This document shows positions 27,361 to 35,864 of a stretch of DNA of 64,000 nucleotides, in pieces. Each line of letters starts with the position of its first letter. Position 1 is the first letter of the stretch. A program made the position numbers and the translations under genes. The DNA comes from an uncultured Actinomycetes bacterium (lineage in GTDB: Bacteria; Actinomycetota; Coriobacteriia; Coriobacteriales; Atopobiaceae): positions 28,017-92,016 of the forward strand of contig OMTG01000021.1 of the NCBI GenBank assembly GCA_900313905.1. Direction: 5' to 3'. The notes below the pieces were generated by a model. It was not told the origin of the DNA. It did not search any database and saw only the letters and a list, made by a program, of their open reading frames with translations.

Positions 27361-28243
27361 GAAGACCGACCCCCTTCATCGCAGCGGTGAGGCGGGCATG
27401 GTTCTCCTCTGCCATCGGCCAGAGCGGCAGGCGGTAGTTGGGCTTGATGAGGCCCATGTCGGCAAGCGCCTGCTTCACTGGGATGGGGTTGACCTCGCAG
27501 AAGAGGGCATGGATCAGGTCGAGGCAGGCAAGCTGCGTCTCGCGGGCTGCATCCACGTTGCCGGCAAGATAGTTCGCGCACATCTCGTGCACTTCCTTGG
27601 GCATAACGTTCGCCCAGACAGAGATGACGCCACGGGCGCCCAGGCTCATGAGCGGCAGGACCATATCGTCGTTGCCGGAGAACATGCCGAAGTCAGGCCC
27701 CAGGCAGTGGGCGATCTCGGTCGCATAGCCGATCGAGCCCGAAGCCTCCTTGATGGCGAGGGCACGGGGATGGCGGGCAAGGCGCTCGAGGTTGTGGACG
27801 CTGATCGAGCAGCCCGTGCGGCTCGGGACGTTGTAAAGGATGACAGGGACATCGACCGCGTCGAGCACCTGCTTAAAGTGGTGGTAGATGCCCTCCTCAT
27901 TCGACTTGTTGTAGTACGGGGTGATCACGAGGAGCCCATCGACGCCGACCTTCTCGAGCTCCAGGGACTTGTTGTAGCTCTCGCGGGTGCAGTTGGAGCC
28001 AGCGCCGCCGATGATGGGGACCGCACCTCCCACATGCTCGACCGCGAACTTCGCGACCGCGATGTCCTCTGCGTCTGTCATGGTCGCAGACTCGCCCGAC
28101 GTGCCCAGCACGAGGATGCCATCCGTGCCATTCGTCACCTGGAACTCCAGGATCTTGTCGAGCGAGGCATAGTCGATCGAGCCGTCCTCATTGAACGGGG
28201 TGACCAGGGCGACGATGGAGCCGGTCAGCTTCTGCAAATCCAT
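27353..28243 (-). CDS. dapA: 4-hydroxy-tetrahydrodipicolinate synthase
   Basis: Start at 28243 (MDLQKLTGSIVALVTPF) with a TAGGAG RBS. Motifs GTSGES, YNVPSRTG and the Schiff-base Lys block AIKEASG. Confidence 0.93.
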   Translation of the reverse strand: MDLQKLTGSIVALVTPFNEDGSIDYASLDKILEFQVTNGTDGILVLGTSGESATMTDAEDIAVAKFAVEHVGGAVPIIGGAGSNCTRESYNKSLELEKVGVDGLLVITPYYNKSNEEGIYHHFKQVLDAVDVPVILYNVPSRTGCSISVHNLERLARHPRALAIKEASGSIGYATEIAHCLGPDFGMFSGNDDMVLPLMSLGARGVISVWANVMPKEVHEMCANYLAGNVDAARETQLACLDLIHALFCEVNPIPVKQALADMGLIKPNYRLPLWPMAEENHARLTAAMKGVGLLG

Positions 28244-28277
28244 GTGAACTCCTATCCACGATGGGCCGCGAGGCCCC

Positions 28278-28316
28278 AAGACAACAATCGCCAGCAAAGA
28301 GCGGCTTTGCTGGCGA
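28278..28316 (-). terminator. riboswitch expression-platform terminator (attenuator) upstream of dapA
   Basis: 12-bp stem TCGCCAGCAAAG / CTTTGCTGGCGA with a 5-nt loop, followed on the minus strand by TTGTTGTCTT. It sits between the aptamer and the dapA RBS. Confidence 0.7.
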
Positions 28317-28324
28317 CAACCTGT

Positions 28325-28487
28325 CACATCACATAGCGCTCCTGCAGCTTTCCTGCAGACAGTCCCCGGCGTATTCCGCCGAGGCCCACCCCTGCAGCAT
28401 GCCTGCTGCATGAGTTCGGCGGATTCCGCCTCCGTCCAGGTTCATAGCCTGCCGGCTCGCCTGGACATCATCTGTCCGCGCCTCTAC
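28325..28487 (-). promoter_or_regulatory. lysine riboswitch (L-box) aptamer
   Basis: The minus strand reads GUAGAGGCGCGG...GGAAUCCGCCGAAC-hairpin-GGGG...GGCGGAAUACGCC...GGGGACUGUCUGCAGGAAAGCUGCAGGAGCGCUAU. The AGAGGCGC, CGCCGAA, GAAUA loop, ACUGUC, GNRA hairpin and GGAGCGC elements are collinear with the Thermotoga/Bacillus L-box as recalled from memory. Confidence 0.85.
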
Positions 28488-28757
28488 GTACGAGCATGGT
28501 ACCACGCGCCACGCCCCCGAAAAAGATATCTCCCCTGCCGGAAATAGCCCTGAAACGTCCACGGCACGAAGCCGTCTTCTGCACCCGCAGGGCCGGCCGG
28601 ATGGATATCCCGCCCACAATGGTACATGTGTATCTATAATCAGCCGATTTGCGCTCTCAGACCTGCGTTGAATCTGTAAAATCATGCATTCGTTCAATAT
28701 CAATGCTCTATGATGAGGAGGAACACGCAGCTTGAACGTTTTGCTAAAGAGGTTCCG

Positions 28758-29324
28758 ATGAGACACAGCAACACGTCTTCCGTCAAGTCGGTTGCATCCA
28801 GAGTCCTGCACGCAGAGGCGCTTGCCGGCATGGCAGGCCAGATCCGCGCATCCGAGGACGGGGATGGACGATCTGACGCAGAACGGCAGGAGGACGCAGA
28901 GAGCTACCTCGCCGCTGTCGGGGACCTCTATCGGCTCGTGACGCCGCTTCTCAGGGCCTTCTCCCAGGGCAGCATCACGGTGCTCCTCTATCTCGACACC
29001 CATCGCCATGACACATCCGCTGTCCGCATCTCGGAGGAGGTCGGCCTCACCCGCCCACGGATCACCCAGATCGTCGACTCGCTCGAGGAGATGGGCCTCG
29101 CCAAGCGCGTGAAGGACCCGAGCGATGCCCGCAAGATCCGCGTCTCGGTCACCCGCAAGGGCCACAAGGTCGTCTCGGGCATGCGGACGGACCTGCTTGC
29201 GATCGTGAAGGATTTCCAGACGGTCCTCGGCGAGGATGACTCCCGCGAGCTCACACGGCTCCTTCGCAAGGTCGCAGCCCTGCTCCACGAGCTGGATGGC
29301 GACGAGGGCGCAGAAGAGGACTAG
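28758..29324 (+). CDS. MarR-family transcriptional regulator
   Basis: Winged-HTH segment RISEEVGLTRPRITQIVDSLEEMGLAKRVKDPSDARKIRVSVTRKG. Start chosen at the ATG at 28758 (AAGAGG RBS); 28710 is an alternative. Confidence 0.8.
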   Translation: MRHSNTSSVKSVASRVLHAEALAGMAGQIRASEDGDGRSDAERQEDAESYLAAVGDLYRLVTPLLRAFSQGSITVLLYLDTHRHDTSAVRISEEVGLTRPRITQIVDSLEEMGLAKRVKDPSDARKIRVSVTRKGHKVVSGMRTDLLAIVKDFQTVLGEDDSRELTRLLRKVAALLHELDGDEGAEED

Positions 29325-29390
29325 GACAGGGCGCTTCCGGGGGTATATCCTATGTGTCAGGATAATGCCAGACACAGGAAAAGGTGCCCC

Positions 29391-30842
29391 ATGGATCCGA
29401 AGCTTCTCTCCCTCGCCCAGTCCTATGCGAGATCGGTCTACGACGAAGAGATCATGCTGGTGAGCGCTCTTGCGTCCCTTCCCGCCCCTTCCCACCATGA
29501 AGGGAAGCGGGCCCGCTTCATCGTGGACTGGTTCCATGCGAACGGCGCCCCAGAGGCCTACATCGATGAGCAGAAGAACGTGATCGTCCCCATCGCGACC
29601 CGCAACGAGGATGGCACGCCACGCGACCTGGCGGTCTTCGCGGCCCATACCGATGTGGTCTTCCCCGACCGGGACTCCTTCCATCCGGAGGTGTCCGGCA
29701 CCCGCATCGAAGCCCCCGGCATCGGCGATGACACTGCCTGCCTGGCAGGGCTCATGCTTGCCGCCCGCTACCTGATCCAGCATCCCGAGATCACAAGCCA
29801 TATGGACACCGGCCTTCTCGTCGTCGCGAATTCCTGCGAGGAGGGGCTTGGCAACCTCGATGGCACAAAGCAGGTCTTCAATGCCCTCGGGCACAGGATC
29901 CACGAATACATCTCCTTCGACCGCTACATGCCGCAGTGCTGCTCCGTCGCAGTGGGTTCGCGCCGCTTCAAGATCTCCTGCCATGCCCGTGGCGGCCATT
30001 CCTGGGCAGACTATGGGACGCCGAATGCCCTGGAGCGCATCTGCGCCCTCGTCGAGCGCCTCTATGCCCTGCCGCTCCCCGAGGATCCCCGCACGACGAT
30101 GAATGTCGGGAAGATCGAGGGCGGGACGACCGTAAACTCGATCGCAGAGGACGCCTCGCTCCTCTTCGAGTTCCGCTCGACCTCAGAGGAGGTCCTCGAT
30201 TCGCTGGAGAAGCAGCTCAGGCAGGAAGTGGACAAGCTGCAGGCCCCAGAATGCACGTTCTCCATCTCCATCATCGGCAACCGCCCCGGCAACGGCGAGG
30301 TACCCGAGGAGCCCGAAGCCGAGCTCACCCAGGCCTGTGTCGATGCCCTCACGAAGATTGCCGGCGTCCGGCCCGATCTCTCCCCTGCCTCGACCGATGC
30401 GAACATCCCGCTCTCCATGGGGATACCGGCGACGTCGGTCGGCACCATCATAGGCGGCGGCGCCCATACCCGCGAGGAATGGATCGATGCGACCAGCCTG
30501 CCGAAAGGCCTGGCCGTGACCCTGTCCCTGATGCTCCGGCACGCCAGGCGCTTCCGCGACGATATCGGGAAGGCGCAGCGGCCAGAGGTCGAGGAGCGCA
30601 TCCGCAAGCTCCATGGGCATGCCGATGCCCTGAAGGACGACCCCGAGCTAGCCCGCCGCCTCCAGGATCTCCGCGAGAAGGCCGAAGCGGTGCGCTCGGA
30701 TCCTGTAGCACGCGCAGAGATCGAGGCCCATATCGAGGCGATCCGCAAGAGGGCAGAGGAGGCGCGGCTGTCCCACCACAAGGACCAGGGACAGGCCACA
30801 GCAGCCAGCGCGCAGGCAGACGAGCCTGCCAAGGTCCGCTAG
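29391..30842 (+). CDS. M20-family metallopeptidase with a ~95-aa charged coiled-coil C-terminal extension
   Basis: Start at 29391 (AGGAAAAGG RBS). Metal-binding blocks AAHTDVVFP, GIGDDTA and NSCEEGLGN. The tail is rich in R/E/A/K heptads. Confidence 0.85.
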   Translation: MDPKLLSLAQSYARSVYDEEIMLVSALASLPAPSHHEGKRARFIVDWFHANGAPEAYIDEQKNVIVPIATRNEDGTPRDLAVFAAHTDVVFPDRDSFHPEVSGTRIEAPGIGDDTACLAGLMLAARYLIQHPEITSHMDTGLLVVANSCEEGLGNLDGTKQVFNALGHRIHEYISFDRYMPQCCSVAVGSRRFKISCHARGGHSWADYGTPNALERICALVERLYALPLPEDPRTTMNVGKIEGGTTVNSIAEDASLLFEFRSTSEEVLDSLEKQLRQEVDKLQAPECTFSISIIGNRPGNGEVPEEPEAELTQACVDALTKIAGVRPDLSPASTDANIPLSMGIPATSVGTIIGGGAHTREEWIDATSLPKGLAVTLSLMLRHARRFRDDIGKAQRPEVEERIRKLHGHADALKDDPELARRLQDLREKAEAVRSDPVARAEIEAHIEAIRKRAEEARLSHHKDQGQATAASAQADEPAKVR

Positions 30843-30876
30843 CATCACGCGTCATATCATCCAGCAAGTGCAGCGA

Positions 30877-30903
30877 GGGCCCGGATGAGGTGTCCGGGCC
30901 TTC
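30877..30903 (+). terminator. hairpin after the M20 peptidase gene
   Basis: GGCCCGGA / TCCGGGCC stem with a 7-nt loop, followed only by a weak TTCAT tract. Confidence 0.5.
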
Positions 30904-30982
30904 ATGCGTGCCTGCCCATCGGCGCCTCCCTGAGCAGATCATCTTCGAGGCAAGGCGGGCACGGCCAGTCCATAAACTTGAC

Positions 30983-31020
30983 GGGGGCCCCGGACAGACC
31001 CACGGGACCCCCACTTTTCG
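30983..31020 (+). terminator. second terminator-like hairpin in the orphan intergenic region
   Basis: GGGGGCCCCG / CGGGACCCCC (9 of 10 bp paired) followed by ACTTTTCGGGCTCTT. Lies 140 nt beyond the peptidase stop. Confidence 0.45.
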
Positions 31021-31075
31021 GGCTCTTGGCCTCCCCTATGCGGTGCCGAGTACATCGCCGGTTCGCGTCTGCCCT

Positions 31076-31106
31076 GTGTACATCATCTATGTACACTGCA
31101 GATGAT
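31076..31106. repeat. overlapping inverted repeats in an AT-rich patch (GTGTACAT-n5-ATGTACAC and ATCATCT-n11-AGATGAT)
   Basis: Read directly from the sequence. Located in the 485-bp gap between convergent genes. Confidence 0.85.
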
Positions 31107-31267
31107 TCCCCAACCTGCCACCTGAAGACACGTCGGAAGCCCCGCGGGCGACTTTCGCGGTAAGCGGTCGGGAGGGCCTCCAAATCTGGTTTGTTGATGG
31201 GAATCTGCTGGACATCCTGTGCCGCTGCGGCAGCGTCTTCAGCTGCCTGACAAGGCAGCGGCCCTGC

Positions 31268-31301
31268 CTGAAAGAGAGGAGGCCGCCTTCCGGCAGCCTC
31301 C
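31268..31301 (-). terminator. putative terminator after gatB
   Basis: GGAGGCCGCC / GGCAGCCTCC stem with one mismatch, followed on the minus strand by TCTCTTTCAGG. Confidence 0.55.
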
Positions 31302-31327
31302 CCACGCAAGACAATGCTTTGCGCCGA

Positions 31328-32863
31328 TCACGCTTCGAGCTTGGCCGTCAGCATCTCATTGAACCGCTTCGGGTTGCCCTTGCCCTTCGACGCCTTCATG
31401 CACTGGCCGACCAGATAGCCGACAACCTTCTTATTGCCCGCCTTGTACTGCGCGACCTGGTCTGTGCAGCGCGCGAGCACCTCATCCACAATCGGCTCGA
31501 GCGCTCCGGCATCGCTCACCTGGCGCATGCCGCGCTCGTCGACGACCGCCTCCGGGTCCTTGTCCGTGCCATTGACCGCATCGAGGACCTCGCGTGCCTG
31601 AGCGAAGGTGATGGCATCGGCAGCAAGGAGCTTCGCAATCGAAGCCACCTGCGCAGGCGCGAGCGCATCGTAGCTCGGTGCCAGGTTCACCATCACATTG
31701 GCGACCATAGCGACAGCCTTGCCCTCGACGCCCTCAAGCGCCTCCTCGAAGAACTTCGAGACGTCCGGGTCTCCTGCAAGCTGGGCTGCATCCGCGTGCT
31801 TGATGCCGTAGCTCTTCTCGTAGCGGGCGCACTTCTCGTCCGGGAGCTCGGGGATGCGCGAACGGCAGTCATCGATGAACTCATCGCTCAGGTCGAAGGG
31901 AGCCAGATCGGGATCGGGCATGAGGCGATAGTCGTCTGCCGTCTCCTTCTGGCGCATCACGATGGTGCGGCGCTTGGAAGGCTCCCAGTGGCGGGTCTCC
32001 TGATAGATGATGCCGCCCTCCTCGAGGACCTCGGCCTGGCGGCGGATCTCATACTCGAGCGCATCGTGGAGGCTCTTGAAGGAGTTGATGTTCTTCATCT
32101 CGGCCTTCGTGCCCAGCCGCTTCTCGCCCCGGCGGCGCAGCGATATGTTGCCGTCGCAGCGCATCGAGCCGGATTCGAGCGAGCAGTCGGAGATGCCGAG
32201 GGTGCGGAAGGTCTGCTGCAGCTTCTCCATGAAGAGGCGGGCCTCCTCAGGGGTCCTCAGGTCAGGCTCGGTCACGAGCTCGATCAGCGGGGTGCCGCAG
32301 CGGTTGTAGTCGACGAAGGATTCGGCGGCGCCGGTGATGCGGCCCTCCTCGCCTCCGGAGTGCACCATCTTCGCGGCGTCCTCCTCCATATGGATGCGGA
32401 GGATCCGAATAGGCGCGGTGTAGGAGCCATCCTCTTCGCGCTCGATCTCGGTCTCGCCGTCACCGGCAAGCGTCTCCCAGGCAGGGCGCTCCTTCGCGCC
32501 AGCCCCCGAGACCTTGAGGTCGAGATGCCCATGCATGCAGAAGGCGACCGGCCCCTGCGTCGTCTGGTAGTTCTTCGCCATGTCCGGATAGAAGTAGTGC
32601 TTGCGGTAGAACATGGAGTGCTTCATGATCTGGCAGTTCGTCGCAAGGCCGGCCATAACAATGGACTGGATGGCCTTCTTGTTCGGGACCGGCAGGGCTC
32701 CTGGCATGCCGAGGCAGACCGGGCACACGTTCGTGTTGGGCGGATCGTTGTGCGAGAGCCTGCAGTTGCAGAACATCTTCGTATCGAGCGTCGTGAGCTC
32801 GGTATGGACTTCGAGGCCGATGACGGCCTCCCAATCCTTCAGCACCTCTTCCAGCGTCTTCAT
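31328..32863 (-). CDS. gatB: Asp-tRNA(Asn)/Glu-tRNA(Gln) amidotransferase subunit B
   Basis: IGLEVHTEL, CPVCLGMPGALP, and a YqeY-like C-terminal tail. ATGA overlap with gatA. Confidence 0.95.
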   Translation of the reverse strand: MKTLEEVLKDWEAVIGLEVHTELTTLDTKMFCNCRLSHNDPPNTNVCPVCLGMPGALPVPNKKAIQSIVMAGLATNCQIMKHSMFYRKHYFYPDMAKNYQTTQGPVAFCMHGHLDLKVSGAGAKERPAWETLAGDGETEIEREEDGSYTAPIRILRIHMEEDAAKMVHSGGEEGRITGAAESFVDYNRCGTPLIELVTEPDLRTPEEARLFMEKLQQTFRTLGISDCSLESGSMRCDGNISLRRRGEKRLGTKAEMKNINSFKSLHDALEYEIRRQAEVLEEGGIIYQETRHWEPSKRRTIVMRQKETADDYRLMPDPDLAPFDLSDEFIDDCRSRIPELPDEKCARYEKSYGIKHADAAQLAGDPDVSKFFEEALEGVEGKAVAMVANVMVNLAPSYDALAPAQVASIAKLLAADAITFAQAREVLDAVNGTDKDPEAVVDERGMRQVSDAGALEPIVDEVLARCTDQVAQYKAGNKKVVGYLVGQCMKASKGKGNPKRFNEMLTAKLEA

Positions 32864-34356
32864 GCCAGATCGCCTCCCTTCCCGGCAAAGGCCGGCGCGA
32901 CGACGCCCTTGGCCACATACGCACGCTCGATGGCCCGGGCGAACTGCAGGAGCCTGCGGTCGGAGAAGGCCGGCCCCTGGAGCTGTGCCGATACCGGCAG
33001 CTTCGATTCCGCGCCCAGGCCTATCGGCACCGAGATGCCGCCATTGCCCGCGATGTTGTTCGAGATCGTGAACATGTCGGAGGCATACATCTGGGTGGGA
33101 TCGCTCATCTCGCCGAACTTGAAGGCCGTGCGGGGAGCCGCCGGCATGAGGATCACATCGCAGCGCTTGTAGGCCTCGACGTAGTCGCGGGTGATGAGGG
33201 TGCGGACCTGCTGGGCAGGATAGTAGTATTTGTCGTAGACGCCCGATGCCAGAAGGTAGGCGCCGAGCATCTGGCGGCGCTTTGCCTCCTCGCCGAAGCC
33301 ATGGGCACGGCTCTTGGCCGTCTGCTCAGCCAGGGAGAGGCAGTCCGGCTCCTGGTAGCCATAGCGGACGCCGTCGAAGCGGGCGAGGTTCGAGAAGGCC
33401 TCGCAGGGGGCGATCACGTAGTAGGCGGCGATGGCAGAGGCGATGTTCGGAAGCTCGACCTCCACGATCTCCGCGCCCTGGTCCTCAAGCGCCTTGATGG
33501 CGCCGGCAAGGGCATCCTTCACTTCCTGGGTAAGTCCTGCTGCCTCCATGAGGGCAGGGACGACGCCGACCTTCCTGCCCTCGATCGGATCGTCGAGGTG
33601 CTCGAGGAAGTCGACCGGGCAGTTCTGGCTCGTGGAATCATAGGGGTCGCGTCCCGGACCGGTGAGGGCGTTCATCGCGAGCGCCACATCGGCGACGCTC
33701 CTGCCGAAGGGTCCTACCTGGTCGAGGGAGGAGCCGAAGGCGACGACGCCGTAGCGGCTGACCGCCCCGTAGGTCGGCTTCATGCCGACGACGCCGCAGA
33801 GGCTTGCCGGCTGACGGATCGAGCCGCCCGTGTCGGAGCCGAGCGTGATCGTGGCCTCGCCTGCTGCGACGGCAGCCGCGCTGCCGCCCGAGGAGCCGCC
33901 TGGGACCCTCGTCGTGTCCCACGGATTGTTCGTGCGGTGGAAGGCAGAGGATTCGGTCGAGGAGCCGAAGGCGAACTCGTCCATGTTGGTCTTGCCGAGG
34001 GGCGTCGCCCCAGCATCGAGCATGCGCTGGACGCAGGTCGCCGTGAAGACCGAATCATAGTTCTCGAGCATGCGGGAGGCGCAGGTCGTGCGCGTCCCGA
34101 CCAGATGCATGTTGTCCTTGAAGGCGACCGGCACGCCGGCCAGGGCGCCGAGCTCCTCGCCCTTCGCACGGGCCTCGTCGCACTTCTTCGCTGCTGCAAG
34201 CGCAAGCTCGGGCACGACCTGGAGGAATGCCTGGACCTCGCCTTCACGCTTGTCGATCGCGTCGAGGGAGGCCTCGGCGACCTCGGTGGCCGTGAAATCG
34301 CCCGCCTTCACGCCAGATGCGATCTCGGCTGCAGACAGCTCGTCGATGTTTGGCAT
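32860..34356 (-). CDS. gatA: Asp-tRNA(Asn)/Glu-tRNA(Gln) amidotransferase subunit A
   Basis: Amidase signature GGSSGGSAAAVAAG...GSDTGGSIRQPA. 1-nt overlap with the gatC stop. Confidence 0.95.
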   Translation of the reverse strand: MPNIDELSAAEIASGVKAGDFTATEVAEASLDAIDKREGEVQAFLQVVPELALAAAKKCDEARAKGEELGALAGVPVAFKDNMHLVGTRTTCASRMLENYDSVFTATCVQRMLDAGATPLGKTNMDEFAFGSSTESSAFHRTNNPWDTTRVPGGSSGGSAAAVAAGEATITLGSDTGGSIRQPASLCGVVGMKPTYGAVSRYGVVAFGSSLDQVGPFGRSVADVALAMNALTGPGRDPYDSTSQNCPVDFLEHLDDPIEGRKVGVVPALMEAAGLTQEVKDALAGAIKALEDQGAEIVEVELPNIASAIAAYYVIAPCEAFSNLARFDGVRYGYQEPDCLSLAEQTAKSRAHGFGEEAKRRQMLGAYLLASGVYDKYYYPAQQVRTLITRDYVEAYKRCDVILMPAAPRTAFKFGEMSDPTQMYASDMFTISNNIAGNGGISVPIGLGAESKLPVSAQLQGPAFSDRRLLQFARAIERAYVAKGVVAPAFAGKGGDLA

Positions 34357-34673
34357 CAGCGGTCTCCTTCCTCGTCGCCCAGGATCGAGGGGACACGGAA
34401 ATAGCGGTCATGCGTCGAGGCAGCATTGTGGAGGGCTGTCTCGATATCGAGGGCACGGACGGAGTCGTCGACGATGTCCTCCCCCATCACGTTCGAGAGG
34501 TCTCCGATGGGATGGAAGGTCGGCTCGACCCCTTCCAGGTCGTATTCGCGGATGGGCTCGAGCAGCTCCACCGCATCATTCATATACTGGGTCATCTCAT
34601 CCAGCTCTTCAGGTGTCAGATGGATGCGGGCATAGTCCGCAATCCCTGCCACGTCTTCTCTGCTCAACGGCAT
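34356..34673 (-). CDS. gatC: Asp-tRNA(Asn)/Glu-tRNA(Gln) amidotransferase subunit C
   Basis: 105 aa. Has the LSREDVAGIADYARIHLTPEELDEM motif and sits first in the gatCAB order. Confidence 0.9.
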   Translation of the reverse strand: MPLSREDVAGIADYARIHLTPEELDEMTQYMNDAVELLEPIREYDLEGVEPTFHPIGDLSNVMGEDIVDDSVRALDIETALHNAASTHDRYFRVPSILGDEEGDR

Positions 34674-35094
34674 GAATCCCCTACCTTCCCGATCTGCCTC
34701 ACAAGAACTCGGTTCATCATTTTATAACGGGATGCCCCAGATTCGGGACGCTGCAACCCTTCCGCAACGTTCAGGGAGGGCCAGGAAGGCCGCCTGCCCT
34801 GGGGATGCAGGGAAAAGTGTGCAGATGCCACTGATTTCTTTGCGGCCGGGCCAGCTTCTCTGGTATAGGAAGGAGCAAACGCGGTAAAATACCATCTGGC
34901 CAGTAGGATTTAAGAAAGAAGGCTCGCAGCCGCACCTGCGCTGCTCGCTCCACTATAGCAGCACTTCGCAGGATCTGCGCGAGGCTTGTCTCTTGAATGC
35001 CCCTATTGGCGCAAGTAAACCGGCTTGACAGGCAGCTGCGGCCACGCCGCAGCGACGGAATGGGGCAAGGGCCCCATGAGTTTGGGAGCACAAC

Positions 35095-35859
35095 ATGTCA
35101 GAAGCATTGCTTGAGGTACGCGGCGTTTCCGCTGGCACCGAAGACAAACCCATCCTGCACGATATCGACCTCTCGGTCGGCACAGGCGAGACCCATGTGC
35201 TGATGGGGCCGAATGGCGCAGGCAAGTCCACCCTCGGCCACGTCATCATGGGCGATCCCCAGTATGTGGTGAGCGGAGGCAAGATCGTCTTCAATGGACA
35301 GGACGTCACGGAGCTGACGGCGGACAAGCGCTCGCTTGCCGGCATCTTCCTCTCCTACCAGGCACCGGTCGAGGTGCCGGGCGTCCCCCTCTACACCTTC
35401 CTGCGCACCATCACGCAGATGCGCCCCGAGCTCAAGACCACGGCACGCAAGTTCCGCCAGCGCGTGAACGAGATCGCCGATGAGCTCGATATGGACGAGT
35501 CGTTCCTGACCCGCGAGCTCAATGTCGGCTTCTCCGGCGGCGAGAAGAAGAAGATCGAGATGCTCCAGCTCCTGCTGCTCCAGCCGAAGCTCGCCATCCT
35601 CGACGAGACCGACTCCGGCCTCGACGTCGATGCCCTCTCGGTCGTCTCCAAGGGCATCGAGGCCTACCGCAGGAGCTGCGACGGGGCGCTCCTCATGATC
35701 ACGCACAACACGCGCATCCTCGAGAAGCTCTCCGTCGACCGCACCCATGTGATGGTCCACGGCCACCTCGTCGAGGAAGGCCCCGCCTCCCTCATCGACG
35801 AGATCGATGCGAATGGCTTCGGCCGCTTCGAGGCCAAGCTCGACGCCCAGGAGGCCTGA
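35095..35859 (+). CDS. sufC: Fe-S cluster assembly ATPase SufC
   Basis: Walker A GPNGAGKST, ABC signature FSGGEKKK, Walker B AILDETDSGLD. GGGAG RBS. Confidence 0.95.
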   Translation: MSEALLEVRGVSAGTEDKPILHDIDLSVGTGETHVLMGPNGAGKSTLGHVIMGDPQYVVSGGKIVFNGQDVTELTADKRSLAGIFLSYQAPVEVPGVPLYTFLRTITQMRPELKTTARKFRQRVNEIADELDMDESFLTRELNVGFSGGEKKKIEMLQLLLLQPKLAILDETDSGLDVDALSVVSKGIEAYRRSCDGALLMITHNTRILEKLSVDRTHVMVHGHLVEEGPASLIDEIDANGFGRFEAKLDAQEA

Positions 35860-35864
35860 GGCAC

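Noticed and set aside
34674-34900. A T-box leader upstream of gatC, suggested by the minus-strand word GAUGGUAUUUUACCGCG, which resembles GGUGGUACCGCG.
   Set aside because: The match is interrupted by a 3-nt insertion. I saw no specifier-loop/stem I architecture and no terminator/antiterminator pair, and gatCAB is not a usual T-box target.
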